From contig NC_043006.1 in NCBI RefSeq assembly GCF_006345805.1, forward strand, positions 71,176,001 to 71,240,000: DNA of 64,000 nt, in the 5' to 3' direction. The notes under the pieces were generated by a model. That model worked only from the letters and a program-made list of their open reading frames with translations. It ran no database searches and was not told the origin of the DNA. Positions 51,119 through 64,000 of this stretch are shown piece by piece. The position numbers were made by a program, and so were the translations under genes. The first letter of the stretch is position 1. Each line of letters opens with the position of its first letter. This stretch comes from Octopus sinensis. Lineage: Eukaryota.

Positions 51119-51917
51119 GAACACACGAACTCATATAAAGAATCTTGTAAACCAAATCCAAAAACGAAATATATATAATAATATCTTTGCGATTGTGTCT
51201 CTTTGCACATTCTTAGGTATAAGAGTATGTATGTATGTTTGTATGTATGCATGTATGTCATCTGTGAATTAATGTGTGCATATGTCTATAGTAAAATCTG
51301 TAGTTTAACATGCGTGTATATATAAATATATACATATATATGCACACATATATTCATATATTATATATATGCATATATGTGGGTGTACATATATATGTGT
51401 GTATGTATGTGTGTATTTATATATATATACATGCATATATAGATAGGGACAGCGTCAAAAAGAGGAAGATAGAAAGGGAGGTAGACGGACAGATAGACGT
51501 GTTTGTATATGTTAGGAATTAATAAGCTGTCTACTACAGAAAGAGAAGTAAAAATATCAATGTTAGCTATATGTGTTTTTAAGGCTATATTCAGCGTCAC
51601 AAGTATTGCATATCAAATATACATAAAGACTCCGAGGACAATCCATTAGGTGTAGAAATGGTGTCATACTTTGAAAGTAAAAGTATGATAATTAGTATTA
51701 GTGACATTTAGCTAAAATTAGTCACATTTAATTAAAATAAGAAAAATTAAAATTAACATTTAGTTAATTACAGTATTGGGTTGTCAGATAATTTTGTTCG
51801 CCTCATTCTTCATTGATGTTATTCATTTCTACTGTTTGAATTAACACAAAAAATATGTTTATCCCAGTTTCTTTACGGCTTTTTGTGGCTTTGTTCTTCC
51901 TCTACAATTTTTGCAGT

Positions 51918-52300
51918 GGAGGCGCAGTGGCCCAGTGGTTAGGGCAGCGGACTCGCGGTCGTAGGATCGCGGTTTCGATTCCCAGACCGGGCGTTGTGAG
52001 TGTTTATTGAGCGAAAACACCTACAGCTCCACGAGGCTCCGGCAGGGGGTGGTGGTGATCCTTGCTGTACTCTTTCGCCACAACTTTCCCTCACTCTTTC
52101 TTCCTGTTTCTGTTGTACCTGTATTTCAAAGGGCCGGCCTTGTCACTCTCTGTGTCACGCTGAATATCCCCGAGAACTACGTTAAGGGTACACGTGTCTG
52201 TGGAGTGCTCAACCACTTACACGTTAATTTCACGAGCAGGCTGTTCCGTTGATTCGGATCAACCGGAATCCTCATCGTCGTAACCGACGGAGTGCTCCCA
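51918..52300 (+). mobile_element. SINE group C (third body type, different head and middle)
   Basis: ggaggcgcagtggcccagtggttagggc...ggtttcgattccc; body shared with 34590-34745. Confidence 0.8.
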
Positions 52301-52409
52301 TTCCATCCACAATTTTTGTTTATTGTTTTTTATATCTGAATAAATTTTACCTATTTGTGCTGAGTAAGTAAGAAGAAAAAAAAAGCAAACTTATCTGACA
52401 AGTTAATAT

Positions 52410-52835
52410 TCTTGTCTACTCTAGGCATAAGGCCTGAAATTTGAGGGGAGGGGGCCAGTCGTTTAGATCGACCCCCAGTATAACCCCGAAAGGATGAAAG
52501 GCAAAGTCGACCTCGGTGGAATTTGAACACATAACGTAAAGATAAACGAAATAACGCTAAGCATTTCACCCGGCGTGCTAACGTTTCTTATTTCTTTATT
52601 GCCCTCAAGGGGTTAAAAATAGAGGGGACAGACAAGGACAGACAAAGGGATTAAGTCGATTACATCGACCCCAGTGCGTAACTGGTACTTAAGTTATCGA
52701 CACCCCCCCCACCCCACCCCACCCCGCCGAAAGGATGAAAGGCAAAGTCGACCTCAGCAGAATTTGAACTCAGAACATAAAGACAGACGGAATACCGCTA
52801 GGCATTTCGCCCGGCGTGCTAACGTTTCTGCCAAC
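52410..52835 (-). mobile_element. Two tandem SINE group B copies
   Basis: cgaaaggatgaaaggcaaagtcgacctc occurs twice. Confidence 0.8.
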
Positions 52836-52869
52836 GACTTGAAAGAATTTTTTAAAATTTGTTGTTATT

Positions 52870-53200
52870 GTGGCCGTGCGGGAAGAAGTTTGCTTCCCAA
52901 CCACAAGGTTCCGTGTTCAGTTCCACTATGGCACTTTTGGTAAGTGTCTTCTACTATAGACATGGGCCAACAGAATCCTCGTGAGTGAATTTGGTTGACG
53001 GAAGCTAAAAGAAGCTCGTCGTATGTGGCGTCTGTGTGTGTGAGTATCTGTGTTTGTCCACCACCACCACTTGACGACCGGAACTGGTTTGTTTACGTCC
53101 TCGGAACCTAGAGGTTCGTCAAAAGAGACGATAGTATAAGTAGCAGACATAAAAAAAAGAATAAGACTTGGAGGTGGATTCATTTGACTAAATAAAGGTA
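52870..53200 (+). mobile_element. SINE group A (diverged)
   Basis: Group A motifs. Confidence 0.7.
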
Positions 53201-54520
53201 AAAGGTCAATAAAGGTAAAAGACAAAAGAGTGTTGTTGTTATTGTTGTTGTTGTGGTAGTTTTTTATTGTTATTGCTGTTGTTGTTGTTGTTGCTCCAGT
53301 TGTTGTTGCTATTGTTGTTGTTGTTGCTGCTGTCGTTGTTGTTGTTGCGGTAATTGTTGTTGTTGCTGTTGTTGTTGTTGTTGTTTCCGTTGCTGTTGTT
53401 GTTGTTGTTGCTGTCGTTGTTGTTGTTGCGGTAATTATTGTTGTTGCTATTGTTGTTGCTGTTGTTGTTGCTGTTGCTGTTGTTGTTGCTGTTGTTGTTG
53501 TTGTTGTTGTTGCTGTTGTTGTTGTTATTGCTGTTGTTGTTGCGACAGTTGCTGTTGTTGCTGATACTGCTGTTGTTGTTGTTATTGTTGTTGTTGTCGT
53601 TGCTGCTGCTGTTGTTGTTATTGTTGGTGGTGCTGTTGTTGTTGCTCCTGTTGTTGTTGTTGTTGTTGTTGCTGTTGTTGTTGCTGCTACTATATTACCA
53701 AATTACAAATTGAGAGACAAGCATGGTGACGATTTGGGTTATAGGTTTCGTGCTCAAGACCTACCAGGGGTTAAAAGAACAACATCAACAACAACAATAA
53801 CAACAAGAACAGCAACATATACATAAACATAAACATATACACACACACATACATGTATGTGTGTATACATGCATGCATGCATGCATGTATGTATGTATGT
53901 ATGTATGTATGTATGTATGTATGTATGTATGTATATAAAAGCCAAGTCAAGTGTCACTTTTCTTTGTTAGTATCAAACACTTTCTGTTACAATGGAGGAA
54001 CGCGGAAGAAGAACGTAGTAGCTGTTTTGATTAGAGTTTGGAAAAGAGGGACAGAAAGAATTATGAACAGGGATTCATTAAATAGGTAAAGAGATTAGTG
54101 TAAGATTGATCGCGTGGAAGGGACGTTGAGGAGAGGAAACTAATAGTCATGCAATAGTTAAACGTGTAGATAGGGAAATATGAGGGTGGATGAAAGAAAT
54201 AGTGAGAGAGGAAGAGATGGTGTAAGTAAAAAAGGAGAGATAGCAGGAAAGAAAAGGATAGGGTTTTAAGAGGAGAAATTAGATAGGTAACATGATAAAA
54301 TGATAGAGGTATAGAGTGAGTGAAGTATAAAGAGAATGATAGAGAAAGAAAGAGAGAGAGAGAGAGAGAGAGGAATTTGCGTATGATATAGAAGTGTGAG
54401 AGAGAAGTACTTTGAGAAATGAAGAATAGTAATGGAGGTATACTTCGATTGAGAGATAAAGAGTAGAATTACATATGTCATGCAAAAAACATTGATCGAT
54501 ACATACATCACACAACATAC

Positions 54521-54607
<87 letters not shown>

Positions 54608-54638
54608 GACAGACTGACCGACAGACAGACAGACAGAC

Positions 54639-54686
<48 letters not shown>

Positions 54687-54688
54687 CG

Positions 54689-54732
<44 letters not shown>

Positions 54733-54780
54733 CAGATAGATAGATAGATAGATAGATACATACATACATACTACATAGAC

Positions 54781-54886
<106 letters not shown>

Positions 54887-55487
54887 ACTTGAGCAGGTAC
54901 AGGAGTAAACGCAAGGACAAGCAAGTTAGACAAGTCAATATGCAAAAAATATTTGATATATTTGATACAAAAATGTACGTATGTTAACAGATAAAAAGGT
55001 CCGATTTACAAAATAGAAATGACAGCAGGGATTAAAGGGTTCAGTAAAAGTTTTACGAGTCCAACAGCTGTTTCTGGGGACTTGGTGGTCCAAAATAATG
55101 ATTGTCAATTGATTCCATCATCGGATACTACCAAGCTCTGTCTTCAGGGAAGAATTTTACATTTGAGGTGTTGACTGAATGGATTTATTTGCACACTCAA
55201 ACAATATTAGGTGAGTATCAAAACTCTACATAGAGTTTTTTCCACCCGATATTCATGCAGTGTATGCAGATGGCACACTCCAAATTAGTGAATAAATCCG
55301 CTCACCAGAATCATTGGTTTAAATATCTAACTTGCCCTTTATGCTGAGGTCTATGCGGTCATCTGAAGAGAACGGTTTTCTTTGTAATGTTGCAATGCTT
55401 TCATTGATCAATTAAAAGAGTCAATCGAAACGGCGTCGTAAATGAATTGACACTTATACAACTGTTACTCATTTATATATTATATAT

Positions 55488-55524
<37 letters not shown>

Positions 55525-56205
55525 GAGGAGTTCCTCTTGTGACCTGAGCAAGATGTTCATGTGTTTAAACAAATAACCGTCATTTTCGAATGCTATAAGC
55601 ATTGTACCACCAAAAGTAATTGAAAAGACACTTTAAGAGAACATCATTCGTCAACTCGGACAATGAGCATCAACAACAAAATAGCTGTACGTCCTGACCC
55701 TACTATATCTGAATTCAGTGAGGAGGCGCCAGCTGTGACTAAGGTCAAACGAACGAACTATACTACCCATTCCGACATCTATATACACAAATATCAAAAC
55801 AAGTTTAACATCACCACCCTCTCTTTTATTATTACTATTCTTCTCTCTCCCTCTCTCTCCCTCTCTATGTCTCTCCCTCACCCTCTCTCTCCCTTCATCA
55901 CCTTCTACTCCTCCCACCAAATACACACAGAACTGCTAACATACCCCATTCGACATTTTCATTTGTCAAAATTGATAAACAACTTTCAGTTATACATTCG
56001 TTGCTTCCAACGTTAATGCCATGTCACCTGAGAAAATGAATGCATGAACTATGATCCACCCAATATCCATGGATACTACGGACTATTCGGTAATCATCCC
56101 AGGAATATGGATTATGATCGTAAGATTTGTGGAAACACGCGTAGCGATGCATTAAAATATTTATAAATTCCATCTTTGAATCATTATTATTATTATTGCT
56201 TTGAA

Positions 56206-56255
<50 letters not shown>

Positions 56256-56399
56256 GTATATATAAATATATATATACATAGATACATACATTCATACATA
56301 CATACGTACGCGTACATACATACAACATACATAATACATACATACATACATACATACATACATACATACATACATACATACATACATACATACATACAT

Positions 56400-57102
56400 A
56401 CTCAATCCAGATTACAAGTTCAGGTTTATACTTATAATTAGTGGGACCCTGGGATGTGTAAAACACTGCTTAAATACCAGAAAGGAGAAAGCTAATTCGA
56501 CGAGTACAGATCCAATCACTGGAACTATGAAAATCTGGAACTGTGAGAATCTGTAAAACTTTCAAGAGGTTTAACATTTAGATATATCTGAGCATGTCTA
56601 GATATGGAACTAAATGCATGAAATTACATACATAAAACAAAACATACAAATCTGCACATATACATGCATACATACATACATACATACATACATACATACA
56701 TACATACATACATACATACATACATGCATGCATACATACAGAGTCATCACTCGAACTGTAAAAATATGTAAAACTTTCCAGAAGTTTTATCATTTAAATA
56801 TATAGGAGCATGTCTAGATAAGCAAGTATGTGCATGAGAAGGCATACATAAAGCAAAACATACAAATCTGCACGTATACATACATACATACATACATACA
56901 TACATACATACATACATACATACATACATACATACACGCATACACACATACATACATACATACATACATACATACATACATACATACATACATACATACA
57001 TACCCTGATTTTGATGTTGAAATACCAATGAAACAGCCTTGGGTCTAGGTTAGAAACTGGCTCTTTCCCTATTGTGAAGAAATCTTGAAGTAAAACTTAA
57101 TA
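56400..57102 (+). mobile_element. 3' end of the R4/Dong-like family seen at 45445-46065, partly duplicated, within (CATA)n
   Basis: ccagattacaagttcaggtttatac...ccctgggat matches 45965-46030; 56515-56665 is repeated at ~56745-56880. Confidence 0.75.
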
Positions 57103-57156
57103 ACATACATACATACATATATACATACATAGACAGTCCGACAGGCTGACAGATAG

Positions 57157-57177
57157 CTAGGTAGGTAGGTAGGTAGG

Positions 57178-57228
<51 letters not shown>

Positions 57229-57233
57229 GTAGG

Positions 57234-57268
<35 letters not shown>

Positions 57269-57426
57269 GTAGGTAGGTAGGTAGGTAGGTAGGTAGGTAG
57301 GTAGGTAGGTAGGTATGTAGGTAGGTAGGTAGGTAGGTAGGTAGGTAGGTAGGTAGGTAGGTAGGTAGGTAGGTAGGTAGGTAGATAGGTAGGTAGAGAT
57401 AGATAGATAGATAGATAGATAGATAT

Positions 57427-57488
<62 letters not shown>
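57157..57488. repeat. (TAGA)n/(TAGG)n array
   Basis: Seen directly. Confidence 0.95.
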
Positions 57489-57832
57489 CATTCGCGCATA
57501 CATGAAAAAACCGCGAAACTCATACAAATACAGAGACAGGTTAAAAAACAGACCATCCACCTACTTAATATAAAAGCAGAAACATGGCGATGCTTACACT
57601 TATAAATTCAATATACATTTATACATAACTATATACATACACCATTACATATATATGCAAATATGTATGTCTGTGCGCGCGCGCCCGTATGTGTGTGTGT
57701 ATGTATATTATATATATATAATATATATATATATATATTATCTTATATATATATATATATATAATATATATATCTATATATTATATACGTACGCACGTAC
57801 ATATATCCCATATATATATATATATATATATA

Positions 57833-57919
<87 letters not shown>

Positions 57920-58009
57920 TATGGATATATACACGATGTGTATGCATGTATGTGTAATGTACAGATCTACAAATACGTATATACTTACATAAGTTTAATA
58001 TTTCTATGT

Positions 58010-58043
<34 letters not shown>

Positions 58044-59080
58044 GTACACACATAGACACACATACACAAACGCATACACGCATACATACAGACGCGCATT
58101 CATTGATTTAATATTTACTTCATAGACAAGTTTTCTTTGATTGGAAATGTATTTGATGTTGTTATGATTGTGGTGGTAGCGGTGGTGGTAGCGGTGGTGA
58201 TGGTGATGGTGGTGGTGGTAGTGGTGGTGGTGGTGGTGGTGGTGGTGGTGGTGGTGGTGGTACTGTTGTTGTTGTTATTGGTGATGGTGGTGCTGGTGTT
58301 GATTTTTCTTTGAAAGTGTTTAAGATTGATGTCACTGCTACGGCTGTGGTAGTGGTTATTGTGGTGATGGTTGTAGTGGTGGTGGTGGTGATGATGGTGG
58401 TGGTAACGGTGGTTGTATTGATGGTAATGGCGTGATGGAGGGGCTAATGGCTGTGGTGGTGCGGTTGGTAGTTGTTGGTGGTGATGATGATGGTAATGGT
58501 GGTGATGATGATGATGATGGTGGTGGGGATGGTTGTGATGGTGGCGGTGGTGTTTGTACAGGCAGCGGTGGTGGTAGTGGCTGTGATGGTGGCGGTGGTG
58601 TTTGTAGACGCTGTGGTGGTATTGGTGGTGGGGTGACGGTGGTGGTGTTTGTAGATGCGGTGGAGGTGGTGTTTGGAGACGCGGTGGCAGTGGTGGTCGT
58701 GGTGGTCGTGGTGGTCGGGTGGCGGCGTTTGTAGACGCTGTTGTGGTATTGGTGGTGGTGGTCGTGGTGGTGGTGGTGGTGGTGGTGATGGTCGTGGTGG
58801 TGGTGGCAGTGGTGTTTGTAGACGCGATGGTGGTGGTGAGGTGGGGGCTTGCTGTTTTTGTGTAAACCTGATTCAGATCTGACTGAATGGTCAGTGGTGA
58901 TGTTAGCTTGTTTAGCCTCAACTCAGCTCTGAATATGTAGGCTTATGATTCATGGGCGTGCCAAATTTGACCACCTCGTATTTAAATAGATGAAAAAGAA
59001 AAAGAGCAATAGAATGTGATTCGAGGCACATTTAATCGATAACACCAATCAGGCAAGATTGTTTGGATCATTTGGCGATC

Positions 59081-59117
<37 letters not shown>

Positions 59118-59154
59118 CAGCAGCAGCAGCAGCAGCAGCAGTAGCAGCAGCAGC

Positions 59155-59196
<42 letters not shown>

Positions 59197-59200
59197 TGTT

Positions 59201-59256
<56 letters not shown>

Positions 59257-59463
59257 TGTTGTTGTTTAATCCTCGGTCGCCTCTGATTCAGCAGAACTAT
59301 GACCAAAGGCGTTCCTAATGTGAGCACCACATCTTTTTTAAACCTTTTATGTCATAATATCTGTAATACAATATAAAACACATTAGTATTAGATATCGAC
59401 TACTTTAAGGTGCAGAGTATAATTTCGTAGTTATTTCTAGCAGTTATGAGTGACCATGCAGGA

Positions 59464-59617
59464 CAGGCATGGGTAACCTTTATCGAGAAGCGGGCCGCAT
59501 GGTAGATGGCGCTTCATCAACCGAGACGCAATAATAAAAATAAAAGAAATTCAAGGGGATTTTTACATTAGACGTGCCATTCAGAAAGCCAAGCGGGCCG
59601 CAGTTTGCTCATGATAG
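59464..59617. mobile_element. Short hAT-type MITE
   Basis: caggcatgggtaacct...gcgggccgcagtttgctcatgatag; flanks atgcagga / atgtaggg (6/8 match). Confidence 0.65.
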
Positions 59618-59679
59618 ATGTAGGGGCTATTCGTTGACTGGAGTTGTGGATGGTAGATGTTATTACTGGCGCATTATGG

Positions 59680-59965
59680 GGTGAGGAGTTCGATTCCCGG
59701 ACCGGGCCGGGTGCTGTGTCCTTTAGCAAGACACTTTGTTTCATGTTACTCCAGTTCACTCAGCTGTAGAAATGAGCTGTGACGTCACTGGTACCAAGCT
59801 GTATCGGTCTTTGTTTTCCCCTTTGATGACACTGGTGCCGTGAAAAGGGGAGGCTGGTATGTATGGGCGACTGTTAGTCTTCCATAAACAACCTTGCCCA
59901 GACTTGTGCCACGAGAAGACACTTTCTAGGTACAATTCCATGATCATTAATGACCGAAAGGGTTT
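59680..59965 (+). mobile_element. SINE group C (second body type)
   Basis: Homologous to 10675-11008. Another head at 60000-60093 is cut off by the Dong element. Confidence 0.8.
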
Positions 59966-60096
59966 TTTTTACCTTATATATATATACAAATAGATATATG
60001 GAGGCACATGGCTCGGTGGTTAAAGCGTCGGGTTCACTATCATGAGGTAGTGTGTTCGATGCCCGGACCGGGCTGTGCGTTGTGTTCTTGAGCATG

Positions 60097-60589
60097 ACAA
60101 GTAACAAGTAACTGCAGAATATGTGGAGATGGACAAGAAACAATAAATCATATTATCTCTGGCTGCCCAGTCCTGGTTAAGAAGGAATATATTCACAGAC
60201 ATGACAGAGTTGGAACCTACATACACTGGAAGCTATGCCAACATTATGGAATAACAACAGAAAAAAGATGGTATAGGCACACACCAGAAAAGGTCACAGA
60301 AAACGAGAAAGCAACCATACTCTGGGATATGCCGATACACACAGATAGATAAATTAAGGCCAACAGACCAGATATAGTTGTCAGAGATCATGAAGAAAAA
60401 AATTGCCTTCTAATTGATGTATCAATACCAGCGGATGACAACGTATCTCTAAAAGAAATGGAGAAACTTTCAAAATACAAAGACCTGGAAATAGAGGTAA
60501 CCAGAATGTGGAATCTAAAAAGAGGTAACCAGAATGTGGAATCTAAAAACAGAAACAATTCCTATCATAGTAGGTGCATTAGGCATGAT
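60097..60589 (+). mobile_element. Well-preserved R4/Dong retrotransposon fragment (third family)
   Basis: CRICGDGQETINHIISGCPVL..EYIHRHDRVG...LWDMPIHTDR*IKANRPDIVV...LIDVSIPADDNVSLKEMEKLSKYKDL...IPIIVGALG; runs into a gap. Confidence 0.92.
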
Positions 60590-60689
60590 NNNNNNNNNNN
60601 NNNNNNNNNNNNNNNNNNNNNNNNNNNNNNNNNNNNNNNNNNNNNNNNNNNNNNNNNNNNNNNNNNNNNNNNNNNNNNNNNNNNNNNNN
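60590..60689. other. Assembly gap (100 N)
   Basis: Run of N. Confidence 1.
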
Positions 60690-60879
60690 AGATAATTATG
60701 AATAGTGTGATGTCTTAAATATGTGTTATGTATATGTTATATAGGTCTGTGGAGTTGAGAGCATCAGCGTGAGTTTCTAGGGAAATATGTCTGTAATGCA
60801 TATTTTGCATGTAATCAATATCCAAAAACTTACCAAGATTAGATAGGTAACAAGGAGGGTGGGGGGTCACGCTTGAAAT

Positions 60880-62450
60880 TTTGAAGTTTAAATTGTTGTT
60901 TGTGCACCAAAAGTGAAAGTTTCTTCCCTAATATTCAAAATGTTCAGCATTGATGCTATATTTAATTTCCTTGTGATACAGTGGTCGCATTTTCTGTCCC
61001 CTATATTTGCTGACCTTAACTATGATGCACCAATTTATGTAGAGGTTGTCCACGTTCCTCTCTTTTAGGGTCCATACCATTTTAAATAAAGATGCTGCAT
61101 ATCTTTTATTTTTGTCTCTTAATGAAACCAAGCACTGCATGTGTCTTTCCTTGAATATATCCAGTCATTCCGATATAACTTTTAATTGTTCTGTTCATAC
61201 CAGAAATGCTAGTTTTGTACACCAGTTTTTTTTCCAGATCCATATTGTTCAGGGGACAGTTATTGGGGACTCTACGATTACAAGATCTATGATGGGTGTT
61301 CCTAATGTTATTATTCTTATTGTGATTGAAAATCATCGATCTCATATTTGGAAGGCAACTATACCTAACTTTAATCGTATTTCAATTAAAGATTTTATGA
61401 TATGCATGTGAGTGTAGGAAGTAGATATCTATGAGTTTCAGAAAATGATTAGCTATATTTGTAGCAACATTCATGCTGTACCATAATATTTTCCTATGTC
61501 TACACCTTCTCGCCTATGTACGCTTAGTTTAGTATAGGTTGCGTTGTTCTCAAAATTAGGTCTTTCCAATGCAATGTTGTAATATAGGGCTACCTTGTTG
61601 ACAGTTGCTTCATTAAAAGACAGGTTGGAAAAACGCCTACTAATGCTATTAACTAATTGTTTGATGGTGGATGGTTAGATCCTCTGTTAATGTAGGAGGT
61701 GTTCTCATTTGGTTTATGGAAAGATTTAGATTTTCCTATACTGAGATTCATATCAATGTTTAGGAAATTAAAATGCTTTAAGGTTAGTACTCATTGTAGT
61801 TTTTAGATTGAGTTAACCAGATATTTTGCATAATTGTTTTCGTATCCTTAGTGTGGCCATTTTATTATGTACTACTCTTAGACCATTGTACCTATATAAC
61901 CCTATGCTGGCGTCTTCAATTTTATTGCTAAAAGTAAGGATGTGGGGGCCAACCATATCCGCGCTTTCTACTTCATCATAAATTCCAGTAGTGAATAACT
62001 CATCTCCATATTTTTCTCACTCAAAAGTTATCATCATGAAAAAACAATGATTTCTTTGCGTTCATTACAGCAGTTACATCAATGTTAGTGACTTGTAAAT
62101 GCTTTACTAAACTCGAGTGCCCTCTGGAGCAGATTTTGAAGACCGATGGGTAAACCCCTCGTTATCGAACTGGATGAATTCGCATTTGGGTATATCTTTA
62201 ATTTTCTTCAACCATTCAATGATTGCGCTGCTACGTGTCCATTGAGTAAGATTTGATGCGGCTCTTATGTGACGCACGATATTGTCTAGAATAGATTCGC
62301 TAATAAAGCCTATTTCGCTTTTGCCTGAAATTATTTTTATGGTCCTTCAAAGTTACAAAAGATTTTCGTGAGATGAGTTGTTCTACTCTATCTTCGATCT
62401 TAAATTTCATGGCTAAGTTTTCTTGCCTCATCGTTGATTAAATTGTACGT
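60880..62450 (-). mobile_element. Decayed Penelope-like element (RT plus GIY-YIG endonuclease, Neptune-like)
   Basis: KSEIGFISESILDNI...LTQW; GLYRYNGL (the YRDDGL motif); SCNRRVPNNCPL...LVYK...SYIGMT. Confidence 0.8.
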
Positions 62451-62561
62451 CCTAGGGTTCGTCTTTTAATTATATATATATATATATATATATCATTCGC
62501 CATGATAGATCGCTAGCCACTAAGCCCTTATTATTTTCTCTCCCTGTTTATTTCTGTGTTC

Positions 62562-62597
62562 CTTTTAGTCGAAGAGCGTAGGCTCGAAACGTAAAAG
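62562..62597 (+). ncRNA. Minimal hammerhead-like motif (core damaged at C3/U4)
   Basis: CTTT-TAGTCGA-A-GAGC-GTAG-GCTC-GAA-ACGT-A-AAAG. Confidence 0.6.
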
Positions 62598-62741
62598 ACT
62601 TTCTCAATTCCCGAGCGTTACACTAATACAACTGTTTGTTGTTTACTCACCCATCTTTGTTTTTTGTTTTTTGTTTTTTATAAATTCTCACTATATATAT
62701 TTTTTTTTTCTCTTCTTCTTTCTGTGTTTTTTCTCTGTGTA

Positions 62742-62779
62742 TCTTTCTGTTGAAGAGCGTAGGCTCGAAACGTTAAAGA
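62742..62779 (+). ncRNA. Minimal hammerhead-ribozyme-like motif, best copy
   Basis: TCTTT-CTGTTGA-A-GAGC-GTAG-GCTC-GAA-ACGT-T-AAAGA; predicted cleavage after 62774; lies in a ~181-bp tandem unit. Confidence 0.7.
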
Positions 62780-63139
62780 CTTGTTTTATTTATATTTCCT
62801 GAGCGTCATACTAATACAATTGTTTGTTTGTATTCCACCTGCCTTCGTCTTTTGTTTAATTCCGTAAACCTGCCTTCGTCTTTTCTCTATTTTCATAAAG
62901 CTTCCCGTTATATGTATATATATATATATATATATATTAGTTATGTTATTGATTAGCAATTTATTATGTGTGAAATTACCTACTTTATAAACATTTTCTG
63001 CCTGATCTGCAGGCCGAGGTCGCCTTTGCCTTTCATCCTTTTGGAGTCTATAAATAACTGCTGGGCACTGAGGTATATGCAATCGACTGGCCTCTTCCCT
63101 AGAATGGCTGGTTTTGTACCAAAATTAGAAGGAATTATT

Positions 63140-63838
63140 ATGATGACGGTGGTGATGGTGGTAATAGTGGTGTGGTTGACGATCACAATGATGATGTTGA
63201 CAAAAAGTAAGAGAAGGAAGGATGGGATGTGGTGGGATGCATAATGGGGAGGTTGACGGTGTGCTGGAATATGATGGTGGTGGAGTAGTTGTAGTGATGG
63301 CGGTGGTGATGAAGATGACGTCGAGGATGACGACTAGTATGATGGTGATGATGAGGACGAATATGATGATGATAAGGAGGAGGAGGAGGAGGAGGAGGAG
63401 GATGAAGACAACGACCATGATGATGATGATGTGGAGAAAGAGGATGAAAAGGACGACGACGACGGTGGGGGGGTTGTAGTGGTGGTGGTGGTCGTCGTCG
63501 TCGTTGTGGTGTTAGTGTTAGTGGTGGTAGTGGTGGTGGTTGTAGTGGTGGTTATGGTGGTGGTGGTGGTGGTTGTAGTGGTGGTTATAGTGGTGGTGGT
63601 TGCGGCGGTGGGGATGGTCGTCGTCGTCGTTGTGGTGTTAGTGTTAGTGGTGGTAGTGGTGGTGGTTGTAGTGGTGGTTATGGTGGTGGTGATAGTGATG
63701 GTGGTGGATTTGGTGGTTATGGTGGGGGTGGTGGTAGTGAGGGTGGTGGATTTGGTGGTGGTGGTGGTGGTGGTGGTGGCAGTGGTTGTGGTGGTGGTTA
63801 TGGTGGTGGTGGTGGTAGTGGTGGTGGTGGTGGTGGAT
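63140..63838. repeat. GAT/GGA/GGT trinucleotide low-complexity region
   Basis: Seen directly. Confidence 0.95.
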
Positions 63839-64000
63839 AATCCAAACCAGTAAACTAAAGTTGGACGACACCCAGTTAGTTACATATCTTTGTAACGTGA
63901 GTTAATCTGACAGAAAATCCAATATGTAAATCAGATAGAAGGAGAAGAGGAGGAGAAAAACGCAGCTAATAACGCTAGAGGATGCGTGTGTGTGTGTTTA

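Noticed and set aside
51918-51990. tRNA-like sequence
   Set aside because: A SINE head with A/B boxes followed by a SINE body; not a complete cloverleaf gene.
60493-60548. Exact 28-bp tandem duplication frameshifting the Dong ORF
   Set aside because: Directly next to a gap; probably a contig-end artefact.

Overview
AT-rich animal genomic DNA dominated by microsatellites and decayed transposons. The SINE families and simple-repeat load suggest an octopus or other coleoid cephalopod; this is inference, and no search was run. Only one host coding exon is well supported: a 76-nt minus-strand exon (12539-12614) encoding helix 3 of a Q50 PRD-class homeodomain (VWFQNRRAKWRK...), with canonical splice sites. 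Its upstream exons were not found, so most of the window is probably intronic. The rest comprises three tRNA-derived SINE groups, RTE, CR1 and R4/Dong LINE remnants, Penelope-like elements, mariner, pogo and hAT(Buster) DNA transposons, two non-autonomous Helitrons and two 100-N gaps. Nearly all six-frame ORFs are microsatellite artefacts. Best leads: (1) a dispersed family of minimal hammerhead-ribozyme motifs, potentially active as dimers, all with a non-canonical U6 core and covarying stems; (2) a degenerate duplicate of the homeobox exon 722 bp upstream; (3) long inverted repeats and a terminally redundant structured element sitting in (TA)n; (4) retroelements confined to particular microsatellites. 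All comparisons were made by eye, and TE boundaries are approximate unless termini are quoted.
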